Positions 36,601 through 43,787 of a stretch of DNA of 64,000 nucleotides are shown here, piece after piece. The stretch lies in NCBI GenBank assembly GCA_043228905.1, contig JBHGNT010000015.1, positions 13,206,001-13,270,000 of the forward strand, in the 5' to 3' direction. How positions within the stretch are numbered: the first letter of the stretch is position 1; each line of letters starts with the position of its first letter. The position numbers were made by a program, and so were the translations under genes. The notes beneath the pieces were generated by a model. It made no database searches. It was not told the DNA's origin and was given only the letters and a program-made list of their open reading frames with translations. The stretch comes from Azolla caroliniana. Its lineage: Eukaryota; Plantae; Polypodiophyta.

Positions 36601-39600
36601 GTCGGATAGGACTTGACCACGGGGGTCTTGGACTAGGGAGTAAGAGGAGGGAGAGAAGCTTGCGAGTTCAACCGAGAAGGAAGAGAAAGATTAAGATTCA
36701 ACAGATTAAGATTCAAGAGAATAAGATCTAAACAAGACAAGATACATTATGGAAAGCACCACACCAATTACAACCGTGGCCATGTAGGCCGAATGTAAAC
36801 CCTGTAGATGAAACCCTAACCGGATAGGGGAAAAGAAGAAGAAGAAGAAGAAGACGAATGAAACCCTTAAAACGAGATCCTAAAACCCAAAATTCCGAAA
36901 CCCAAATGGCAACCCAAAGAAACCCCAAAAGTGGAAGCCCCTCAAAAATGGCCCCTCACTCCCTTTTATAGTAGTAATGGGTGAGGCACATTACATAAAG
37001 AAGAGGTCAACCCCCTGTTCTTTTAAGGGGGGAATATTTGGCCTTTATCTTAGGAGGAGAGATTGATGGAGCCTTAACTCCCTCTCCTCACACACACACT
37101 ATGCCCACCACTCACTACACCCATACTTCATGTACTCTCCCTTTAGTTTACATGTGCATGTGCACATCACATTTACACTTTATGGATTTTCGTAGTGCAC
37201 TTTTAACGCCTTACATTTACCCTTCCTTTTTTAATATTTGTTTCTTTTACAAATCTTCTAAGTGCATGTGCAATGTTGCACATCCCCATTTTATCCATCC
37301 CACTTGGTTTTCTCACGACAACGTTCGGTTTGATCATCAGTCTCTAGGTGATAGCTTGAAGAGAGTTTACAATCAATATGGAAGAGCCCAAGCAAATGTT
37401 TCCAAAAATTTCGAGATGAATTGTGGGCCCTGATCACTAATGGTGTCATCAAGAATACCAGACACTGAAACACTTCACGCATAACCAAATCAGTTGTCTC
37501 TAAACTATTAATAGTCTTCGTGCATGGTAGAAATTGTGCCATCTTAGAGAACCGAGCTATAACAGTAAGGATGACATCAAAACCTTTGGAAGATGGAAGA
37601 TCAATAATGAAATCCACAGATATCGACTTCCACGGACCATCAAGAACTAATAAGGGTTGGAGAAACCCATATGGTCAATGACGAGGACACTTGGACCAAC
37701 AATATGCATCACAACTACAAATGTAATTCTCAACATAATTACGAAGATGCGGCCACCAATAATTTCTAGAAACTAATTCCAATGTTTTGTGAACTCCAAA
37801 ATGTCCAACCATTGACATCTCAATTAGGAGTGGACAGAACCCACAATCTAATTCCACACCAAATCAACCCAAAAGAGGTAAAAACAACGTCCAACGACCA
37901 AAGATGGACCTGGCCTTGTGTGAGGAGATTCCATCTAATTCAGATGAAGAACCTAAGGATGTTGGAACCATTCACATTGCACATGAGATAGCCTCAAGAT
38001 CAATGAACATGATAGGTGGTAATAAGTTCACTAGGTATGCCAAAGACTTAAGGGTTTGTTCATTTTGTTCATCAAGTATGGCAAGTGTTAAAGGTTTGTT
38101 CTACTTGTATTTTCGTCCTGAAAACAGGTTCCAACTTGCTTGTTAGAGATTGGATCTATCGGTCTATGTCAGCGACACTAATTTGCAATGATTGAGCAAA
38201 GCGGGGGAGATGGTCTCCACATGAACCATGAACATCTTCAACACATGGATGGAATATACGAATCCACAAGAGGTCTCTAGCCAGTATTGGATTGTTGATC
38301 CACTTTGGGTGCAACTTGACATTCAAAGCAACAAGGTTAACAATATCCTAGGACATGTGCAAGAGCGAGATTTTACATTCATACCCACAATGCATGTTGG
38401 CCAATGGGTGCTTTGGATGAAGACGCACAATAGTCCAAACAGTTTGGTTGCACAGAAGATGACCAACCAAGGTATTTTGCAATCCATTGAATAATGTGTC
38501 AACCCATGCATTGTAGAGGTTGGTAGAGATGACTATAAAGATGGTCTCAACCACACCTAAAAACCATTGCATCATACCCACAGAACTAACATCACAAACT
38601 CCACATCCCAACTCAGCCCAATGGGACTGACTATGGATATTATATGATGCAAACTATTCGAATGTTAGTGGCGGAGTTCGTACAAAGCTTGGGAACTCAG
38701 GCCAATGGGACTAACTATGGATATTATGTGATGCAAACTATTCGAATGTTAGTGGAGGAGTTCGTACAAAGCTTGGGATCTTCAGATTTTGTAAGTGTCT
38801 TTAATATTATAATTGTGTACAATCAATCCTTGTATGTGGGTTCTTATAATTGTTATTTGACAAGGGTTTGAACATTGGTTTGGACATGAAGACATGGAGC
38901 TCCTTTGAATGAATATGGCAAAATGGGCATGCCATGTTTTAGGCTTATCAATATTCTAAATATTGAAATTTTGTCGTGTCTTGAATTTAGAATATGAAAT
39001 TTCAATTACAGCAAATCTACACCTAGCTATGTCTTCCCACTAATTAGTAAAGCAATTTACTGGATAACCCAAATGCAGAAATGAGTGGCACTCTCTCGAC
39101 TACTAAAGCAAGATATATGCTCGCAACAGATAACTATAAATAAGCAATATGGCTTAGCCGATTGGTGGATCTATTTCTTTTCTTTACATAGGAAGCTTTT
39201 GGAATAAGGGTCCATATGCTAGGAGTCAAAAGTTATCCCACATATAGAACAGTGGTTTGTAGTATTTTTAGGGTTCCTCCCAAATTATAAATTGGAGCTA
39301 ATTACAGGATATAAGCAATCAGGAATTCGCCGCACTTACGTCTACTCTCTTTGTTTATGACCTTTGTTAGAAACATTGTGAATTGACTAGATAGGTATAT
39401 AGAGTTACACTCACAGAGATCTATATCTGAAAATAAACCTTCTATTACATATGAGAGTAGCTCACAATGGTAGTCCACCCATGCACTCACACCTTAGAGG
39501 TTAGACGAGATCTAGACTATTATCTGTCCCCACTACGAAATTAGTGGGCACAGATAATAGTCACAACCACTATGTAAGAGAAAGAGTGAATATTTATATT

Positions 39601-42600
39601 CTTTGTTTGATCTCAATGTCACATTAAATGTGCAAGTCAGATGATAGTAGTGTTGATATTCCTTTTCTATCAATTGACTTGTCATTTAAAATGACCCAAC
39701 TCCCTAGATACAAGCTAGTGCTTGATAGTACTTATCTTAAAGTAAATAACACATACCTCAAGACTAAGTACATCTTAACCTACCAATAGAGAATGTTCTT
39801 CTAGTCAACCTGACTACTCAATCCTATTACCCTACTTCCCTCTTTCCTAAATACATTTTGTCCTACTCGCCTACAGTTTCCTAAATTGACACCTCATCGA
39901 CCCATATGGTCAAGTAGCACAATAGCTACTCCTCATTTGGGGTGCTATCACAAAATGTGCACTCTAAGAATACATATGGGGATAATTCGACAACTTGGGG
40001 TTGATCAATGATTATATCAAACAACCTTGTGAACTCAAAATATCTTTATCGATAAAGTTTGATAGAAGCTTAAAAACGTAAGAGATGATTGCATCAAAAT
40101 TGTTTATAATTGTTTACAACTACTTCCCTTAATCAAGTTTTAATAAACATATAAACAATAGTTAATAAGAAAAATAAACTAAAGAAGCTAGGTCGTGAGA
40201 TTGGAAAAGTGAAGCGCTTTCATCAGTGTGCACCTCCAACTGTCTCTTACAAGAGGCCCTTGGTTTTGTTGGCCAATCTTGCTACCTCTAACATCATTTT
40301 GGAAGTTTGACATTTTTTACCGTTTCTAGCCGGTCTATCAGTTCTATCTTCCATGTTTTGATGCCCTACCTTTTGTATCCATTTATGGCTATGGTTCTAG
40401 AGAATTTAAAGAGGCCTATACTTCTTTGGATTCTTGCAGTTCCCCGTTCAGTATGCATAGCTCCATTTGCTATATAGGGTGGTGATATGCATAAACTGAT
40501 TTTGGCCAGTCTATCTCTTTTGATGCACATTTGACGCCATATCACAGTCTCAACATGTTAAGGATCTTCATTCTCTACAGATGGTATCAGAACCTTCGTA
40601 TTCAGGATGCTCTTCAGTCCATAGTTTCTGAAGTTGCTACATTTAGCAGTTTTCTGTTTCATTTTATGGTTTCTGTAATTTTGGGGTTTTCAAGATCAGT
40701 CATATTTGTGTTCTGCACTAAAAGGGAGCTTATATTAACTGTGCAAAGAATCACACGGAATTGCTGGGTGAACTAATTCTGGAGTTCAAAGGATATACAA
40801 ACCCTACAGTGGGCTACAGAAAACTGCAAAAAACTAGCATTAACAAGAGGTGCAACTCGGAAGGGAATTAAAGAAAAAGCCTTTGAATATAACTTTGCCA
40901 CTGAGAAAAAGAAAAGCTGGTTGAAGGATGGCGTAATCACCAACCGGCTTTGCCAGGACCAAGATTGGTCATCTTGCTGCTGTTCTTTACAGATTCGAAC
41001 CCACCTTCATGCCTGTCGATTCTTCATATTTTCCCTTCTCGTTTCCACTCATGCTCAGAATCTCTTTCTTCAACTTCCCCATCTGCTTTCATTGGTTAAT
41101 TGCCTTCAGGATACAGACAATTGTTGCTCAGTGGTTACTGGCTTTGAGGGCATTTTCATTTGTGAGGGATATTTCTAGATAACAGCCAGGTATGCCATAG
41201 CAGTGTTGCTGATTGTTCTCAGCATTAGCATTGCTTTTAGTACCCTATTGTATACGGTCCATATCTACAATCTTCCTGGCTACATATTAAATGGAAGGCA
41301 AGAAATACTTTGTGTGTGGTCTAGTTCATGTATCATAAGTTCAACCTGCATATTTGATTGAGGTGAAACAGTAGCAAAATCAAATAGCGTTTAGCCAATA
41401 ATAACACCACCAACAAAGCCCCCTGGCACTAAAACAAACATGTCCTAAGTCAAAAAAGGCATGAATCAATTCCCTAACTTAGAAAACAAGGTTTGAATCC
41501 AAATCTTAAAGATCTTGAGCTATGTGTATTGTATATATGTAAAGAGTAAAGCCATGACTATAGAGTGTATAGAATAACCATTTGTATTACGATTCTCAAA
41601 AAGTCAATAAAGGAATTAATGGAAGTACTTGAATGCAGTAATCATTGGGCCCACTCCGAAGACTGCAGCTAGCAAAGTTTCTCTAAGTAATCCCTGTGGT
41701 AATAAATAATGAAGAACATCATTCATGGATAATTAAGACCTTTATTAATCCTCTCTATACATCAATCACAAACTTACAAGACCTTTGCTGAAAGCAGTCA
41801 TTGCTCCAATAGAGCCAGCTGTTTGGAGCAGATTTCCTAAACAAAAGAATAATAATGATTTTATCATTGCTCAAGAGATAAAAATCTACCAAATTGTAAT
41901 GAAACTTCATCTAAAAATTCATGATGGAATTATTTAACAACAGATATATTCCAATATTTTAAGGTTTTGTTTGGCAAAACATCCCAAGTTTTGAATTTTC
42001 ACAGGTTGATTCTAAAACCTTTACCCAAAAGCAATGTCTAATACCTTTGAAGGCACAAAAAGAAATATAGTAAACCTCATCTACTACATCTGTTAAAATG
42101 TATCTGTTTCATTACTTGCATTCAATCTACTCCAAACCTAAAGGGGATAATTTGAGTGCAAATTATGCTATACTTGATATGTGTATCTTCGTTTTGCTTC
42201 TGAAAGTTTTAAGGTGGTTTTCAGATGTTTACAAAGCAGGAATGACACCAAAACTTGGTATATGCATACATAGACACACACACACACATGTGTGTGTGTA
42301 TGTGTGTATAAATGTATGTATGTTACCTTCAGGGTCAAAATTTAAAGGTGATTTGCAGTAACATTGCTAACTTGTTACTGGAGTGAACAAGAAGCTTTTA
42401 AAACAATTCGGGATTACTGAATCCAAAGAGGAAGCTCCGTCACAATGGCTTCTTTGCAAGCTGTTAGTGTATTCTGAGAAAACAGAGAAGAAAGTAGAAA
42501 ACACTAACCTCCTTCCTTTCCACGCTGTGGAGATGAGCTCTCTTCAATGGAGCAAAGAGCAAAACCTTTGCTCTTTCGTCTAACAATCGCCTTCATCCCT

Positions 42601-42701
42601 GACAAAGGAAAGGTTTTCCGAGGTTCCGTGCGATGATGTATGGGAGACAGAAATCGCAAGGAAGAGGGGATGGAGCAGGCTGCAACGATGCTCAGAGCCA
42701 T
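6468..42701 (-). CDS. murJ: Spliced 21-exon gene for a plastid-targeted lipid II flippase MurJ/MviN (about 603 aa); chloroplast peptidoglycan pathway
   Basis: Exons: 42509-42701, 41778-41836, 41629-41693, 33439-33482, 33307-33349, 25902-25962, 25743-25810, 25542-25599, 25353-25417, 24335-24401, 22967-23027, 22824-22882, 22595-22675, 20622-20733, 9144-9232, 7958-8014, 7758-7881, 7513-7679, 7363-7435, 7164-7281, 6468-6615. All introns are GT-AG except one GC-AG. Phases are consistent and the total is 1812 nt with no internal stop. Motifs [85 protein letters not shown] and LNGLPLRKW match cyanobacterial-type MurJ as I recall it (no database search run). Confidence 0.9.
7164..8014 (-). CDS. murJ: murJ exons 16-20 (7958-8014, 7758-7881, 7513-7679, 7363-7435, 7164-7281)
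   Basis: [19 protein letters not shown] / ...[17 protein letters not shown]... / ...[18 protein letters not shown]...FGPEGL / VLATTLVH...LNG / LPLRKW...; canonical splice sites. Confidence 0.88.
9144..9232 (-). CDS. murJ: murJ exon 15 ([30 protein letters not shown])
   Basis: gcag acceptor, gtac donor; joins exon 14 in phase across an 11.4-kb intron. Confidence 0.88.
9365..9850. repeat. Inverted repeat: two LINE 3' tails of about 195 bp in opposite orientation, with a spacer of about 95 bp
   Basis: 9365-9558 is the reverse complement of 9654-9850 with few mismatches. Confidence 0.9.
10211..10338. repeat. 46-bp tandem triplication inside the RNase H coding region of the old copia
   Basis: CGCAAAGTCTTGCTCTTC... 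at 10211, 10257, 10303. Confidence 0.9.
10574..11183 (+). repeat. 5' LTR of the intact copia
   Basis: Direct repeat of 15297-15906; TATAAATA near 10793. Confidence 0.97.
11213..15286 (+). CDS. Gag-Pol polyprotein (gag, CCHC knuckle, protease, integrase, reverse transcriptase, RNase H), 1357 aa from the first ATG
   Basis: [14 protein letters not shown]; WVVDSGAS; HKRLCH..CTDC; VHTD/RADNGGE/NGLAER; LLYVDDM; TDSD..EAEY..CDSQSA; copia domain order. Confidence 0.97.
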   Translation: MEGGGSGQPMMMVLNAQNYADWKIKMEDLLIVRDLYEPIDRSEIPKGVLESEWKLLNRKAVATIRQYVDVSVLQHVANDTNAYEMWRKLSGIYERKNALNRTSLMRKIVNLKYRDGESMVEHVSTFMGFVNQLAAIKFPLEDAMQAIILMCTLPESWENLVVTLSTSCTEDNLSLQTVKTSILNEEARRRDKEPASDPKMLFTESDRGRQWNRSPQRREKSGTRSQSRGRPTCFHCGKPGHFRKNCRHYRKDNGTDNTDSKKSPERNGAYRGATDRNGSDRRGQDRKGTTALAASEEEIMLITEEGELNIAGDETTWVVDSGASFHLTPERRYFSSYTAGEHGCVRMGNEGTCRIAGIGDVWLTTPTGCKMLLKNVRHVPEVRLNLISAGRLDDEGYTGSIRNGVMKFSKGSLIVARARKVNTLYLMYAWLCPEELNVAADTAGELWHKRLCHMSEKGMKRLAEDNLIPVKHVHLEKCTDCLAGKQNRTSFHSRPPTRRSAPLELVHTDVCQVETKSHGGAQYFVTFIDDHSRRLWTAPMKTKDQVLSVFKELHARVERESGKKLKAIRADNGGEYRGQFQEYCRSKGIRLEFTVPKTPELNGLAERMNRTIMERVRSMLAHAELPKGFWAEAMSTATYVINRSPSVPLGGDTPQRVWTGREVSYRHLKVFGCLAYMHVAKDRRGKLDPKTRPCIFLGYGDDEFGYRVWDPVDKKIFRSRDIIFMEDKTLADWESEKKMKSSKSTGEDHLYEEQSRPARDRLALEDPAEDGEETEPTEEDENDTGTGPDPEMDSDEEESEEPITEAPERRYPLRERRAPRRFPEPEHVLLTDEGEPESFEEAKHDTQSRRWLSAMQDEMDSLHENHTYELVELPKEKRALRNKWVFKLKPGDAGNPPRYKARIVVKGFQQKKGVDFDEIFAPVVKMTSIRTVLSIAASMDLEVEQMDVKTAFLHGDLEEEIYMQQPEGFEKKGKEHLVCRLKKSLYGLKQAPRQWYRKFDSFMTDEGYLKTQSDHCVFVKKFEGGDFLILLLYVDDMLIVGRDQVKIRMLKKALHRTFSMKDLGPARQILGMHIIRDRKKKQLWLSQEKYVTKVLHRFNMSEARPVGSTLPANCKLSSKQSPKTKAEKEDMMKVPYASAVGSLMYAMVCTRPDIGYAVGVVSRYMSNPGKEHWNAAKWILRYLKGTANVCLRFGSGKPELDGFTDSDMSADADTSRSTSGYVMTYAGGAVSWQSRLQKTVALSTTEAEYMAAVEAGKEIIWMKDFIRELGIQQEEYRLYCDSQSAIHLAKNAAYHSRTKHIQRRYHWIRERIEDKEFVLTKIHTDENGSDMLTKVLTPDKLEACRKRIGLERHPMPK
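15297..15906 (+). repeat. 3' LTR of the intact copia
   Basis: Direct repeat of 10574-11183. Confidence 0.97.
19490..19980 (+). mobile_element. RTE/RTEX-like LINE 3' fragment inside the 5' LTR of the old copia
   Basis: [23 protein letters not shown]-terminal Zn-like motif; homologous to 23400-24210. Confidence 0.75.
20622..20733 (-). CDS. murJ: murJ exon 14 ([37 protein letters not shown])
   Basis: gcag acceptor, gtgagt donor; strongly MurJ-like. Confidence 0.9.
22595..23027 (-). CDS. murJ: murJ exons 11-13 (22967-23027, 22824-22882, 22595-22675)
   Basis: [21 protein letters not shown] / [19 protein letters not shown] / [27 protein letters not shown]; intron 11 is GC-AG. Confidence 0.8.
23400..24212 (+). 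mobile_element. RTE/RTEX-like LINE 3' fragment
   Basis: [14 protein letters not shown] motif; family tail ending AAAGACGTCAATAT. Confidence 0.75.
24335..24401 (-). CDS. murJ: murJ exon 10 ([23 protein letters not shown])
   Basis: tag acceptor, gtatat donor; an alternative in-phase donor exists at 24308. Confidence 0.75.
25353..25962 (-). CDS. murJ: murJ exons 6-9 (25902-25962, 25743-25810, 25542-25599, 25353-25417)
   Basis: [20 protein letters not shown] / [23 protein letters not shown] / [19 protein letters not shown] / [21 protein letters not shown]; canonical splice sites. Confidence 0.88.
26345..26620 (+). mobile_element. RTE/RTEX-like LINE 3' tail
   Basis: Family tail ending TTAATATATCTTTCTTTC. 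Confidence 0.7.
28190..28650 (+). mobile_element. RTE/RTEX-like LINE 3' tail with a (TTTC)n end
   Basis: Near-identical to 9654-9850 and overlaps 19840-19980. Confidence 0.8.
28897..31240 (+). mobile_element. 3'-truncated copia with a short LTR (about 28897-29065; Ale/Retrofit-like), PBS 29066-29077
   Basis: TGTTGAG start; TGGTATCAGAGC; gag-protease-integrase frame that breaks inside integrase. Confidence 0.85.
29430..31240 (+). pseudogene. Truncated copia gag-PR-IN; protease DSG mutated to HSG, no RT
   Basis: [14 protein letters not shown]; WIIHSGAS; HQRMGH..CDAC; IHSDVWGP; RSDNG; the ORF tail past about 31240 is unrelated sequence. Confidence 0.85.
32078..32280 (-). pseudogene. rpl16: Plastid rpl16 3' fragment (NUPT), possibly with a downstream plastid spacer to about 31870
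   Basis: [53 protein letters not shown] matches the plastid L16 C-terminal half. Confidence 0.88.
32285..32795 (+). mobile_element. Older RTE/RTEX-like LINE 3' fragment
   Basis: Homologous to the 19720-19980 segment plus the family tail. Confidence 0.7.
33307..33349 (-). CDS. murJ: murJ exon 5 ([15 protein letters not shown])
   Basis: gcag acceptor, gtaaag donor; GGINGP motif. Confidence 0.85.
33439..33482 (-). CDS. murJ: murJ exon 4 ([14 protein letters not shown])
   Basis: gcag acceptor, gtatta donor; phases fit. Confidence 0.85.
33884..34654. repeat. Long inverted repeat with arms of about 365 bp and a spacer of about 40 bp
   Basis: 33884-34247 is the reverse complement of 34288-34654; ORFs 33693-34040(-) and 34498-34689(+) share the same peptide. 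Confidence 0.92.
35666..36535 (-). CDS. Gag-like ORF of the non-autonomous element, with an acidic low-complexity tail
   Basis: Starts just after the PBS; [33 protein letters not shown] resembles gag of seed-free-plant gypsy elements. Confidence 0.55.
   Translation of the reverse strand: MEASLEAYGYKKLEGRSQDEFDPWVASVKAHRSVMEAFQEFERRFAQLLEWDRRSVGADKALLFLKTVHREERIDILFELEDDHGAHSLTDDWSEVEWVCRQHDEKRSATTRPTSGGEERVVSDYALSLEESSMRNGSEEFDQEALIREAYEIVKSKIEAEEGFIKELGPRGSEDAEEDASLRTEDGAYVEAERAYDGDMGEGAERAILSSCKKGTAMEKAGDYGAGSTTSRVGGSFGTRLLETSSGEEASVIEACAIGDGVATDNDVRMEVATDMTSGGAGTLPHTGS
36557..36574 (-). other. Primer-binding site complementary to plant cytosolic tRNA-Trp
   Basis: TGGTGAACCCGACGTGAA is the reverse complement of the tRNA-Trp 3' end TTCACGTCGGGTTCACCA (recalled); lies 2 nt from the LTR end. 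Confidence 0.8.
38610..38778. repeat. Tandem duplication with a unit of about 84 bp
   Basis: AACTCAG.CCAATGGGACT...CAAAGCTTGGG occurs twice. Confidence 0.85.
41629..41693 (-). CDS. murJ: murJ exon 3 ([21 protein letters not shown])
   Basis: cag acceptor, gtac donor; conserved GLxRE..AxxFG motif. Confidence 0.88.
41778..41836 (-). CDS. murJ: murJ exon 2 ([20 protein letters not shown])
   Basis: ttag acceptor, gtaagt donor; TM1-like segment. Confidence 0.85.
42509..42701 (-). CDS. murJ: murJ exon 1, putative chloroplast transit peptide ([20 protein letters not shown]...RGKEG)
   Basis: First in-frame ATG at 42701; Ser/Arg/Lys-rich, acid-poor N-terminus; G|gttagt donor, phase 1, matching exon 2. 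Confidence 0.75.
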
Positions 42702-42789
42702 GAGTCCCTGTGAGCCCCACCAAACAACCTTAAGCTTCCATATCCATGGCTCCACAGACAGGCCTAACTAAGCCAAAAATATACGAGAG

Positions 42790-43220
42790 CGGTTCGGTTC
42801 GGTTCAGTTCACTTCAAGTGTGTCAAAACCAAACCGGTTTTAAACTGAACCGTTTTAAAATTTTGAAACTTGAACCGAGCCGAACCACGTAACCGTTTAA
42901 ACCAAACCATTACAATCAAGCCAAATCATTAAACCATTAAAACCGCGGTTTCATGACTCAGCTTCGGTTTTCAAGTTTGGTCAAAACTCAAATTTTCAAT
43001 TTTCAATTTTAAGTTTTTAAAATTTTTCATTATTTCAATTTTTAATATTTCAAAATTTTAATGATTTTTCGTCAAATGTAAGAACTAGGCTTTAAATTGA
43101 AAAGGTTGTTTAAAAAAATATTAAATATAATAATCAACTAACAACCTTGAACCATCAAACCATTTAAATCGAACCGAACTATTTACCTATTAAGCTGTAG
43201 TTTCCCAATTCGGTTTGGTT
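42790..43220. mobile_element. AACCG/CGGTT-rich DNA-transposon terminal region (hAT/MITE-like) directly upstream of murJ
   Basis: Dense AACCG repeats in both orientations; no clean TIR or TSD found. Confidence 0.5.
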
Positions 43221-43787
43221 CATTGCCGATTGTTGGTGGTCAGACGTTCCAACATCGTGAACGATTACAGGCCATCATCCTATTCAATATTGATGCCAAT
43301 GAAGCATCGATTTGCATGCTCTTATGTAGTAGGATTGAGCTCAATTTCACTTGCTTCGTGCTTCTACTCCATGAGGCGACCTTTTTCGCATTGTCACGAT
43401 GCGGCCATATGCGGCCATACTTCTAAGTAGTTGTTATCCAACCACTATATACCTCAATATTTCTTTCTTGACCATTTATATCCCATACTACATGTAAAAC
43501 AAATCCTATTGCATGTAATGAAGATTGTAGCATATCCCACCTATTCATGCAATATACTTTAATTTCATCTAGCTTGATAAATCAATTTCAGTCATATTGT
43601 GGTGTCCCTTGGATGCAAGTGCATGCCTTCATGTTGGGTGTGCATGTGTTCCTTTGTGCCCCTTTTAGCATACCCTTTGTTAGGATGCATGTAGCTAAGT
43701 AGAACCAACCAAAATGGGTACCTTTGTACGACTATAAATTGAATAGGAAGTAAGAAGCTAAGGGAGCTGGTTTTGGATTCCATTTAA

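Larger units (their letters stand above)
33884..37320 (-). mobile_element. Non-autonomous gag-only LTR retroelement with tRNA-Trp PBS; 5' LTR 36577-37320, 3' LTR about 34248-34654 continued by an inverted U3 copy at 33884-34247
   Basis: LTR TGTCG...CGACA; 18-nt PBS; PPT-like GGTGGGGCTGGA; 4-bp TSD-like ATGT/ACGT. Confidence 0.82.
33760..38200 (-). mobile_element. Degenerate Ty3/gypsy chromovirus-like pol remnant (37321-38200 and 33760-33883), split by the 33884-37320 insertion
   Basis: [19 protein letters not shown]; [13 protein letters not shown]; [13 protein letters not shown]|[24 protein letters not shown] rejoins across the insertion. Confidence 0.8.

Noticed and set aside
33884-37320. 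DIRS-type element or TIR DNA transposon
   Set aside because: It has a tRNA PBS, a PPT-like tract and a TG..CA LTR, and no tyrosine recombinase or transposase
40860-41440. Possible nested gene or extra exons in intron 3
   Set aside because: No sustained open frame or recognisable motif, and the murJ model is complete without it
6468-42701. murJ as bacterial contamination or recent HGT
   Set aside because: Twenty spliceosomal introns, a transit-peptide-like leader and plant TEs in the introns fit an old endosymbiotic gene better
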